Shown one piece after another: positions 10,712-18,711 of a stretch of DNA of 64,000 nucleotides; positions within the stretch are counted from its first letter, which is position 1, and the number at the start of each line of letters is the position of its first letter. Below the pieces are notes generated by a model that searched no databases, was not told the origin of the DNA, and saw nothing but the letters and a program-made list of their open reading frames with translations. The translations under genes and the position numbers were made by a program. Origin of the DNA: Christensenella sp. UBA7703 (GTDB lineage Bacteria > Bacillota > Clostridia > Christensenellales > CAG-138); NCBI GenBank assembly GCA_002482505.1, contig DLGD01000028.1, forward strand, positions 3,682 to 67,681, read 5' to 3'.

Positions 10712-10760
10712 AGCATAGCACCATATCTGGTATCAAACAAGACTTGACATTACCAGATGT
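10712..10760 (-). promoter_or_regulatory. Putative nrdJ promoter with NrdR-box-like palindrome
   Basis: Minus strand reads TTGTTT, 17 nt, TATGCT. The spacer contains ACCAGATATGGTG (plus strand CACCATATCTGGT), similar to the NrdR box aCACwATATaTwGTGt. A 9/10 inverted copy TACCAGATGT lies at 10751-10760. Confidence 0.35.
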
Positions 10761-10875
10761 TGCGAGTTTACAGATCGTTTACTCTTGTTACACCCTGACT
10801 TTAATTCCGGGTTCAGCATTGGTTTTTTTGCACGCCGGAACGTAAAAAAACACCGTATTCGCCCGCACTGACGCA

Positions 10876-10905
10876 AGAAAAACCCCGGAGGAGGCTCCCC
10901 CGGGG
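10876..10905 (-). terminator. Intrinsic terminator after the MBL-fold hydrolase gene
   Basis: Minus strand ccccggggg-agcctcct-ccgggg followed by TTTTT. Confidence 0.7.
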
Positions 10906-10946
10906 AAACGATGATTGCGGATGTAACGTTGCGGTAACGCGACTTT

Positions 10947-11591
10947 TCAGCGCTTATAGTCGAGGATCAACAGCCTGCGATCCCCGAGCGTTTCGTGTGT
11001 GAGCGACGCGGTGTTTGCGTTCAGGTGGTGCACCCTGCGGTTTTTGTTTGCGGCAAGCAGCGGCTCAAGACCCTCGATATTGAAGTGCAGCGCGGGGGTT
11101 TTGTAGTGCATCGGAATCAATACCTTTGCGTTCAGGCGGTCGGCAAGCTCTGTCGCGGTCTTTGCGTTGATGGTGAACACGCCGCCGATGGGGGCAAGCA
11201 AAATATCGACATCGCCGATCTTTTGGATGACTTCGTCAGAGAGCATGTGCCCAAGATCGCCCAGATGCAGCACCTTGAGATCGTCGATCTGATAGAGAAA
11301 CACGATGTTCTCTCCGCGATGCGCACCCTTTGCGTCGTCATGATAGCTCGAAAAACCCGTCACGGGAATCTCTCCCGCGCGGTATTCGCCCGGCGCGCGC
11401 AAAATGTCCGGCTTGCCGGCGACGATGGCGAGGCAGTTGTGGTCGTGGTGTTCGTGGCTGATGGTCACCGTATCGCAGGTTAGATCGTGCAGTTCATAGC
11501 CCGTGTCCTGATCGCACGGGTCGGTTAAAATGGAATAGCCGCTTTCGCTGGTGAGCAGAAAGCAGGAGTGTCCGTACCAGGTCAGTTGCAT
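10947..11591 (-). CDS. MBL-fold metal-dependent hydrolase
   Basis: MQLTWYGHSCFLL start and HxHxDH motif SHEHHDHN. ATG 11591 preceded by AAGGAGAAG. The longer 360-aa ORF adds only Arg/Ala-rich shadow sequence. Confidence 0.8.
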   Translation of the reverse strand: MQLTWYGHSCFLLTSESGYSILTDPCDQDTGYELHDLTCDTVTISHEHHDHNCLAIVAGKPDILRAPGEYRAGEIPVTGFSSYHDDAKGAHRGENIVFLYQIDDLKVLHLGDLGHMLSDEVIQKIGDVDILLAPIGGVFTINAKTATELADRLNAKVLIPMHYKTPALHFNIEGLEPLLAANKNRRVHHLNANTASLTHETLGDRRLLILDYKR

Positions 11592-11719
11592 AAAATACTC
11601 TTCTCCTTTATATGAAAATAACCCTGCGTCTTGTTGCAGGTTCGTCGAGAAAGCGTCTTTGGTTTCATCGGCGAAATTCCAGAATACGGTTGAATGCCAG
11701 ATGAGAAACGACAATTGAC

Positions 11720-12280
11720 TCAACGGGAATAGGATAACAGCCGCCAGAGCGCACCACCCAGAGCGCCGCAGCGGGAAAATAGCCCGATGCGTTCCTGCGG
11801 GGGGAGCGTGTGAAAGAGGGACAGCGCCGCTCGCTCCGCTCTGCGGTAGGCAGCGGGACTTTCCCCCGCAACGAGCGAGAGCACAAGCGCGCGCTGCAGA
11901 GCAGGTAAATCCGGGCAGCCTTTGCCCTCGTGCCGCGCGAGAACCCGCATGCGGTTTTCCGCATGGGTTTCGTCCTCTCTCTGCGGCGCCTTCAGGGTGT
12001 GATTGACCTGATCCACCAGTGCGGAACAAAACGCGGACGAAAAGTCGAACAGCATCCAGCCGTTGACCACGCGGATGGAGTCCACCAGCGGCGCACCGTA
12101 AAGCGAGCCAAAATCGAGCGTGGAGAGGCTGCGTGCATCCGTGCCCTGCGGCGGGCGGAAACTTGCGTGCGCATCCCGCGCGGGCAGGCGGATTTGCGCG
12201 GCTTGCGGCGGTTGCGGGAGCGCGCCGCCGAGTACGCGGACAAGCTGAGAGCGGATTTCGCTTTCATACGGCGGTATCAT
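11720..12280 (-). CDS. Hypothetical protein (weak resemblance to ArgRS N-terminal/DALR-type helper domains)
   Basis: 186-aa ORF in the dominant frame. Pattern IRSQLVRVL...VDSIRVVNGWMLFDF recalls the add-1 domain of arginyl-tRNA synthetase. Resemblance is by eye only. Confidence 0.35.
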   Translation of the reverse strand: MIPPYESEIRSQLVRVLGGALPQPPQAAQIRLPARDAHASFRPPQGTDARSLSTLDFGSLYGAPLVDSIRVVNGWMLFDFSSAFCSALVDQVNHTLKAPQREDETHAENRMRVLARHEGKGCPDLPALQRALVLSLVAGESPAAYRRAERAALSLFHTLPPQERIGLFSRCGALGGALWRLLSYSR

Positions 12281-12606
12281 AAAGCCAGTTTATCCATGCG
12301 GATTCCCGCTGTCAATGACCGCGGGCACCAAGCGGTAGAATTTTACCTTGTATACGATGTTAAATTCCGTTTTTTACGTGAAAATTATGTGAAACGCGAA
12401 CCGGATAGCACCTGTTGTTGCGATAAAAGGTGTGGCGAAATGTAAACTTCCCACGTTGCGCGCTTCTATGCTAAAGCGTGTGTGGTATAATAGGCGCATC
12501 CGACCGATCAAACGCGAACCGAAGTTCAGTGATGTGGAACCATGATTCGCCAATCAACCGATCATCTACCTGTCGATCTGTCCTATGATAAAAAACGGAG
12601 GCCGTT

Positions 12607-12951
12607 ATGCCAAACAAACAGCTGCGCTGCCAGGTCAGTGTCCGCATTTTCGGCGAAGAGAAATGCTTTGGCCCCGGTGTGGCAGATCTTTTGGAACGTG
12701 TCGATCGGCTGCACTCGCTGCGCAAGGCGGCCATCGAGATGGACATGGCATACAGCAAAGCCTGGAAGATTGTCAAGACCGCCGAGGAGAACCTTGGCTT
12801 TCCGCTTCTGGTTTCGGTCACGGGCGGCAAAGGCGGTGGCGGGGCGGAGCTCACACCGGACGCAAAGAAGTTCCTTTCCGCGTTTCGCAGGTTTGAGGAT
12901 TCGGTCAGGAGCTATGCGGACGAAGCGTTCGTGGAGATGATGGGCGGCTAG
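12607..12951 (+). CDS. ModE-N-terminal-like winged-helix DNA-binding protein
   Basis: SLRKAAIEMDMAYSKAWKIVKTAEENLGFPLLVSVTGGKGGGGAELT matches the ModE/LysR-type HTH followed by a Gly-rich turn. RBS ACGGAGG. Confidence 0.7.
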   Translation: MPNKQLRCQVSVRIFGEEKCFGPGVADLLERVDRLHSLRKAAIEMDMAYSKAWKIVKTAEENLGFPLLVSVTGGKGGGGAELTPDAKKFLSAFRRFEDSVRSYADEAFVEMMGG

Positions 12952-13025
12952 GAAAAGGGCTTATTTGGCTTACGTATCTTAGGAAGACGAATTTTACCAA
13001 GTGAAACCAAAGGAGAAACGCAGAG

Positions 13026-13850
13026 ATGCAGTTTACGAAAGTACACGGACTGGGCAACGACTTCATCATTCTGGATGGAAGAACACAAACGCGCGATTAC
13101 GCGGCGCTTGCAAAAAAGCTTTGCCATCGACAGACGGGCATCGGCGCGGACGGACTGCTGATCATTGAAAACAGCGACAAGGCGGATATCCGTATGCGCA
13201 TCGTCAATGAGGACGGCAGCGAAGCGGAGATGTGCGGAAACGGCATTCGCTGCTTTGCGAAATACGTCTTCCGCGAAGGGATTGTACCCAGGACAGAGTT
13301 TGGCGTAGAGACGCTTGCGGGCATTATGCGGCCAAAGCTCGTGCTCAAAAACGGCGAGGTCACGGGCGTGACCGTCGACATGGGTGAGCCGATCTTGGAA
13401 TGCGAGGATATTCCCGTCTCCGGCACGGGCCGCTGCGTCGATCGCGAGATGACGATTCAGGGGCAAACACTGCGTTACACGACGGTGCTCGTGGGCGTGC
13501 CGCATACGCTGATCTATGTGGACGACCCGACGGATAAAAAATGGATGAACATGGGCTGGGATATTGAACACGCGAGCGTATTTCCCAAGCGCAGCAACGT
13601 CAACTTCGCAAAGGTGGTAGACGATCATACGCTTGTGATGCGCACGTTTGAGCGCGGCTGCGGGCCGACGCTTGCCTGCGGCACGGGCGCGTGCTCGGCC
13701 GCGGTTGCGAGCTATCTCAACGGCAGAACAGGCCGCAGTGTGGATGTCAACATCGAACTCGGCACGCTGCACATCGACTGGGCGGAAGACAACCATGTCT
13801 ATATGACCGGCCCTGCTGAGATTGTCTTTACGGGAGAGATTCATACTTAA
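13026..13850 (+). CDS. dapF: Diaminopimelate epimerase
   Basis: HGLGNDFIILD, catalytic Cys motifs MCGNGIRC and ACGTGACS. 274 aa. Confidence 0.9.
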   Translation: MQFTKVHGLGNDFIILDGRTQTRDYAALAKKLCHRQTGIGADGLLIIENSDKADIRMRIVNEDGSEAEMCGNGIRCFAKYVFREGIVPRTEFGVETLAGIMRPKLVLKNGEVTGVTVDMGEPILECEDIPVSGTGRCVDREMTIQGQTLRYTTVLVGVPHTLIYVDDPTDKKWMNMGWDIEHASVFPKRSNVNFAKVVDDHTLVMRTFERGCGPTLACGTGACSAAVASYLNGRTGRSVDVNIELGTLHIDWAEDNHVYMTGPAEIVFTGEIHT

Positions 13851-13859
13851 CAAAATTTC

Positions 13860-14061
13860 AGGCGGGAAACCGCCTTAGTCCATCGACAAAGTCCTGCGGA
13901 CTTCGCCGATGGGTTTTACTTTGGGTAAAAAATACCGCTAAACGCGCCATTTTTAGCAAATTCAGCGAATGAATCGCCGAATTTGATTGGAAGATGGGGA
14001 TTTTTGATCCCCCATACCCCTTTAGCGGGGTTTGTCGATACTCTGAGGCGGGAAACCGCCT
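13860..14061. repeat. 170-bp hairpin-rich insertion flanked by a duplicated 16-bp terminator stem-loop (MITE-like, copy 1)
   Basis: AGGCGGGAAACCGCCT occurs at 13860-13875 and 14046-14061. The insert 13876-14045 starts TAGTCC and ends TACTCTG, with inverted ATCGACAAA / TTTGTCGAT and CCGCTAAA / TTTAGCGG. Confidence 0.5.
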
Positions 14062-14069
14062 CTTTTTTT
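14045..14069 (+). terminator. Intrinsic terminator (functional copy of the dapF hairpin)
   Basis: gaggcgg-gaaa-ccgcctc followed by TTTTTTT. Confidence 0.8.
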
Positions 14070-14223
14070 ACGCGAAACGTGGCGGAATTGGACACGTTAT
14101 ACAGAAACACATCAAACCATTGTTATTGTGAACAGAGTGTGATACGCTTTCACTCAGACGGTCGCCTGACCGAACCAGCTGTTCATTTTTGTGCAATTCT
14201 TTGGAATGGGAGCAATTAAAAAC

Positions 14224-16059
14224 ATGGAGAATAAGGTAGCAACGGAAGCTGCCGCGCCGGACGAGAAATCCGCCGTGGAGCTGCTACGCAAAAAGACCTT
14301 CAACCGCAACAAATGGTTCTATTCCGTCAGCGGCATCGGCCGCGACATGAGCTACGCCCTGATCGATTCGTTCTTGCTGATCTACATTCAGTTTGGCGTT
14401 TCGCTCACGCTTGCGCAGTTCACGACGCTGAGCCTGATCATCGGCGTTGGCGGGCGCATTTGGGACGCGATGAACGACCCGCTGATGGGCGCAATCATCG
14501 AAGGATCGCACTTCAAAAACGGCAAGTTCCGCCCGTGGATTCTGCTGGGCGCAATACTCTGCGGTCTTGCCATCATCGTCATGTTCAACGTGCAGAGTAT
14601 ACCCGGCTGGCGATTTGTCGTGTTTATGACGATCATGTACCTGCTTTGGGAATCCACGTTTACCATGAACGACATCGGCTATTGGGCAATGCTGCCGAGC
14701 CTTTCGAGCGTGAAGGAGGAGCGAAACTCCATCACGACGCTCACGGTGCTCTTTGCGGGCGTCGGCGCAATCCTTGCCCAGGGCATCATCCCGCAGGTGA
14801 CGGTCGGCGACATGCGTGCGGGGTATCGCTTTGTGTCGATCCTGATTGCGGCTGCATTCATCGGCTGCCAGCTATTGTTGTTTTTCACGGTCAAGGAACC
14901 GCCGCGCCGCAAGGTGGAAAATTCCGAAAACATCTCGCTCAAAAAGATGTGGAAGACCATCGCGCGAAACGACCAGGTACTCTGGATGACGCTTTCGATG
15001 CTCTTCTACAACATCGGCAGCACGATGCTCATCGCGCTTGCAGCAAACCTTCTCTATATGGAGATCGGCTACAACGGCACGCTCTATTTCTACGTCGTTG
15101 TGGCATATGGCGTCACCATGGTCGCGGTCAATGCGCTGTATCCCGCGCTGGTCAACAAGCTCGGCAGAAACCGGCTACAAAACACGAGCATCCTTACTGC
15201 GGTGATCGGCTATGCGCTAATTGCATTGATGGGTTGGACTTCCATATTGCCGTTCAACATTGCGCTCTTGTGCGCATTTTGCATGATGGTATCCGCCGGG
15301 CAGTCGCTGTTCTATATGAGCTGCATCATCAACATGGCAAACTGTGTGGAATACAACGACTATAAATATGGTGAGCGTAACGAGGCCGTGGTCTCCACGC
15401 TGCGTCCGTTTATGGCGAAGTTTGCGGCGGCGATGCATACCCTGATCGTGACGCTGGTGCTCGCGATCTCGGGTACGTTCCTGCTGAGCCAGTCGATCAG
15501 TACGCTGGAAACCCAACGCGACTTTTTCGACAAACACAACCCTGCGGATCAGGCATACTACATCACGCAGGTGCAGGATTATTTGAAGGAGTACGATGGG
15601 CTAAAAGCAGGCACGCCGGAGTATAAGGCGGCGGCTCAAGCTGTCGGCACGCGGATTGCGGCAGACGATGTCGTCAGCAAATTCCAGCTCGATCCGGAGT
15701 ATGTGCCTGCACTGAGCGACGCGATGGTCATCGTGACCGATGCGCAGGGCAATGCGAAGGAGATTAGCCGACTCGGTGCGTTTGACGCGAACATGATTTC
15801 GGCTACAAATGGGACGTTTTCCATTAAGATTGACGACCTCAAGAGTGGCGATGAGAGCGCGGCAAATATTCATTTCCGCGATCAGCGGACGATGACCATG
15901 CGCGTTTGGGTGCGGCTTGCGGCAACGCTGCTGCCCGCGCTGATGCTTGTGATTTCGCTCTGGATTCAGAAGAAGAAATTCATCATCGACGAGAATTTTT
16001 ATGATCAGATGATGGTTGAGATCAACAACCGCAAAGAAGAGGAGAACTCTCTGGCATAG
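14224..16059 (+). CDS. GPH-family (glycoside-pentoside-hexuronide:cation symporter) MFS transporter with large C-terminal insertion
   Basis: N-terminal FYSVSGIGRDMSYALIDSFLLIY and RIWDAMNDPLMG motifs of the MelB/GPH family. A ~130-aa hydrophilic segment precedes the last hydrophobic helix. Confidence 0.75.
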   Translation: MENKVATEAAAPDEKSAVELLRKKTFNRNKWFYSVSGIGRDMSYALIDSFLLIYIQFGVSLTLAQFTTLSLIIGVGGRIWDAMNDPLMGAIIEGSHFKNGKFRPWILLGAILCGLAIIVMFNVQSIPGWRFVVFMTIMYLLWESTFTMNDIGYWAMLPSLSSVKEERNSITTLTVLFAGVGAILAQGIIPQVTVGDMRAGYRFVSILIAAAFIGCQLLLFFTVKEPPRRKVENSENISLKKMWKTIARNDQVLWMTLSMLFYNIGSTMLIALAANLLYMEIGYNGTLYFYVVVAYGVTMVAVNALYPALVNKLGRNRLQNTSILTAVIGYALIALMGWTSILPFNIALLCAFCMMVSAGQSLFYMSCIINMANCVEYNDYKYGERNEAVVSTLRPFMAKFAAAMHTLIVTLVLAISGTFLLSQSISTLETQRDFFDKHNPADQAYYITQVQDYLKEYDGLKAGTPEYKAAAQAVGTRIAADDVVSKFQLDPEYVPALSDAMVIVTDAQGNAKEISRLGAFDANMISATNGTFSIKIDDLKSGDESAANIHFRDQRTMTMRVWVRLAATLLPALMLVISLWIQKKKFIIDENFYDQMMVEINNRKEEENSLA

Positions 16060-16083
16060 CTCCAATATGACGAGAGACGATAA

Positions 16084-16114
16084 ACGCGCCGATGAACATC
16101 GGCGCGTTTATTTC
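16084..16114 (+). terminator. Intrinsic terminator after the GPH transporter gene
   Basis: acgcgccgatg-aa-catcggcgcgt followed by TTTATTTCT. Confidence 0.75.
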
Positions 16115-16135
16115 TGTATCTCTAGGTTTAAAGAT

Positions 16136-16240
16136 ATTATCTCACCCACTCACCTGCTTCCGGGAAATCTTGCATATGCAGGTAATTTTCTAAAAATTAC
16201 CTCACCCACTCACTTGCTTCCGGGAAGCAGTGCATATGCG
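16136..16240. repeat. Two ~45-bp direct repeats, 60-bp period: duplicated 3' end of the deacetylase gene
   Basis: attatctcacccactcacctgcttccgggaa... (16136-16180) versus attacctcacccactcacttgcttccgggaa... (16196-16240). 29/31 identical in the core. The second copy includes the stop codon and last 14 codons. Confidence 0.8.
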
Positions 16241-16961
16241 TCGGCGAAAGGGTGCGATAGCCGTCGGCTAGACCCATCCATTTTCGTAAACCGAGGCGAA
16301 TCGAGCGGAGCTTAAAATACATGCAGATATCCGCGACCGTCTTTTCGTCAAACTGGCTCTTGTGGCAGGAGAGCGCCTCCGCACGAGCGGGAAACGTCTT
16401 TTTGACGCCCAGATACGCGTTCGGTTTATCGGTATAGTAAAACGCAAGCGCTTTGATTGCATGGCTGCCCGAGAAACCAATACTCTTCATCACGCTCTCA
16501 AAAGGCGCCATGTTCATGCTCATCTTGACAGCCATTCCCGTCTTGATATGGTCGATGTGGCACTCGCTGATCACGTTTGGATCGGGCGCAAACACAACAT
16601 CCGGCTTTAGCCGGACGATTGCTTTTGCGACCGCGCAGCCCGCGTCCTCCATTTGGTACATTCCGCCGTCGTGAAAGGGAAGAAACGTCACGTCCGTGAC
16701 CCCAAGCAGTTTGGCGGAAGCCAGCGCCTCCGACTGGCGAATCTTCACCAGCTCGTCACCATACAGCGCAGGATCGATGGCGCCCATGCACCCATCGGTC
16801 ACGATCAGGAACGAAACGTGCTTGCCCGCCTGCGTCAGCGCGCACACGCTCGGCGCGCAGGCAACCTCGATGTCGTCCGGATGCGGGCCGATGAAAAGAT
16901 ACCGCTCAAACGAATCGAGTTTCGGAATCGGGGTGACGCGCCGAAGAATGGCGTTGAACAT
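16197..16961 (-). CDS. PIG-L/LmbE-family N-acetylglucosaminyl deacetylase
   Basis: GPHPDDIE motif and VTDGCMG. Start ATG 16961 preceded by GGGAGGA. The longer ORF would overlap the divergent GH20 gene. Confidence 0.8.
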   Translation of the reverse strand: MFNAILRRVTPIPKLDSFERYLFIGPHPDDIEVACAPSVCALTQAGKHVSFLIVTDGCMGAIDPALYGDELVKIRQSEALASAKLLGVTDVTFLPFHDGGMYQMEDAGCAVAKAIVRLKPDVVFAPDPNVISECHIDHIKTGMAVKMSMNMAPFESVMKSIGFSGSHAIKALAFYYTDKPNAYLGVKKTFPARAEALSCHKSQFDEKTVADICMYFKLRSIRLGLRKWMGLADGYRTLSPTHMHCFPEASEWVR

Positions 16962-17114
16962 ATGCGGAATCCTCCCATAAACAAGCATTTGCGAACGGAT
17001 TGCAATCAGTATACCACTTGTGTAGCGTTGCTGTAAGGCTTGCGTCGGGGTATAATAGAAATTGAATGGAACAAATGACCCGTTTCGCGAAGAAACGTCG
17101 GGAGGAGAAACAAC

Positions 17115-18668
17115 ATGCCGATTCCGCAGGTAAAAAAACAACAGATTCTGGAAGGAACCCTTGCACTCTGTCGTACGGAGGCGGCGTTTGATCCGGCCCT
17201 TGAGAACGCACGAGAAGGTGTGCTTGCCATGTTTGCCCTTGGCGAGAGCGAAGCAAAAGATGGTGTTCGCGCTTCATTCCGGTTGAATTCCGCGCTGGAC
17301 GCGGAGCAATACCGTATCCTTGTCGATGGAAACGGCGTCTTTGCGGAGACAAGCGATGTTGCTGGCGCGGTGCATGCCGCGGCAACCCTTGCCCAGCTTT
17401 GTGCGGAGCATGGCGGGCAGTTGCCTTATTGCGCGATCGACGATGCGCCGGAGAAGCCTTGGCGCGGATTTTTGTTTGATGTTTGTCGCCATTTTTTCCC
17501 GATGCATACGGTCAAGTCCGTCGTCAATCTGTTGGCATACTATAAATATAACCGCCTGCATCTGCATCTGACGGAGGATCAGGGGTTTCGCTTGGAGAGC
17601 GAGCGGTTTCCGCTGCTCAACAGCATTGGTTCTTTCCGCAAGAGTACGGCAAAAAAGCACGCGGACAATGCGGGCGCGGATGGCGTTCCCCACGGCGGAT
17701 ATTATACGAAAGCGGAATTGCGCGAGCTGGTTCGCTATGCAAAGGCGCGGGGAATCGAGATTGTACCTGAAATCGATATGCCCGGGCATGCGCTTTCGAT
17801 GATTGCGGCATATCCCGCGCTCGCGTGTGTCAATGAACCGGTGGAGGTGGCGACGCGTTTCGGGATTACAGACTTCTCGAAAAAGCTCTTTTGTGCGGGC
17901 AACGAGAAGACATTTGAGTTCTTATTTGCTCTGCTGGACGAAGTTCTTGAGATATTTCCGTTTCCCTATGTGCACATCGGTGGGGATGAGGCACTCAAGA
18001 GCGAATGGAAGCAATGCGAATGCTGTCAGCGCGTGATGCGCGAACAGGGGTTGAAGGATGAACGCGAGTTACAGGGGTATTTTCTCAACCGTGTGATCGA
18101 ACATTTGAAATCGCGCGGCAGACAGGCAATCGTCTGGAACGACGGGCTTTGTGAAACGCTCTCGCGCGATGCCATCAGCCAGTATTGGACGCCGTGGTTC
18201 CTCGAGGGGCAAGGGCGCACCGCGCGCCGCGTCAACGTGGGCGGGCTTGCGATCCTGAGCCCGTATCTCTACACGTATTATGATTACCCTTACGGTATGA
18301 CCCCACTCAAGAAAACATACAACTATCGCGCGACACTGCGCGGGCTCAAGCAAAAGAAAGACAAGAATATCCTCGGCGTAGAGGCGGCCATCTGGACAGA
18401 GTGGGTCGACAGCGAGGAAAAGCTCTTTTTCAATACGCTTCCGCGCCTCGCCGCGACGGCGGAGACGGGCTGGACCGCGCGGGAAAACAGGAACTATGCC
18501 GGCTTTTTGCAGCGGCTCATGCCGCACTATGGTTTATACGAGCGGCTCGGAGTGACGTATGCAAAGAATCTGGAAAAGCCGCTTCCGCTGCTGCAACGCA
18601 TCCAGAGCGTCAGGACGTATTTTATGAAAGAAACGCACGCGGAACTATTCGCGCAGAACAAGCGGTAA
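17115..18668 (+). CDS. Beta-N-acetylhexosaminidase (GH20)
   Basis: RGFLFDVCRHFF, NRLHLHLTEDQGFR and HIGGDEA catalytic blocks. Confidence 0.85.
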   Translation: MPIPQVKKQQILEGTLALCRTEAAFDPALENAREGVLAMFALGESEAKDGVRASFRLNSALDAEQYRILVDGNGVFAETSDVAGAVHAAATLAQLCAEHGGQLPYCAIDDAPEKPWRGFLFDVCRHFFPMHTVKSVVNLLAYYKYNRLHLHLTEDQGFRLESERFPLLNSIGSFRKSTAKKHADNAGADGVPHGGYYTKAELRELVRYAKARGIEIVPEIDMPGHALSMIAAYPALACVNEPVEVATRFGITDFSKKLFCAGNEKTFEFLFALLDEVLEIFPFPYVHIGGDEALKSEWKQCECCQRVMREQGLKDERELQGYFLNRVIEHLKSRGRQAIVWNDGLCETLSRDAISQYWTPWFLEGQGRTARRVNVGGLAILSPYLYTYYDYPYGMTPLKKTYNYRATLRGLKQKKDKNILGVEAAIWTEWVDSEEKLFFNTLPRLAATAETGWTARENRNYAGFLQRLMPHYGLYERLGVTYAKNLEKPLPLLQRIQSVRTYFMKETHAELFAQNKR

Positions 18669-18711
18669 CAATAGAGCGCGCAACCCAAATTGCAATTAGG
18701 AGGAAATCACG

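Noticed and set aside
10623-10946. Possible cobalamin riboswitch in the ~320-bp region upstream of the B12-dependent nrdJ.
   Set aside because: I could find no B12-box-like core (GCCACTG-type) or the expected multi-stem junction. The region is better explained by a promoter with an NrdR-like box plus the terminator of the upstream gene. An Infernal scan would settle it.
10947-12029. 360-aa ORF as a single protein.
   Set aside because: Only the last 214 aa (from MQLTWYGHSCF, good RBS) look like an MBL hydrolase. The N-terminal 146 aa are Arg/Ala/Gly-rich and overlap another ORF. The CDS was trimmed to 10947-11591.
13916-14219. Small ORFs (64 aa minus strand, 78 aa plus strand) inside or next to the dapF-proximal insertion.
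   Set aside because: They have no RBS, run across hairpin/repeat sequence and resemble no protein family. They are probably chance ORFs in a structured non-coding element.
16136-16240. Two direct repeats with 60-bp periodicity as a mini CRISPR array.
   Set aside because: There are only two copies. One of them is the coding 3' end of the deacetylase gene. No cas genes are present and the repeats are not palindromic.
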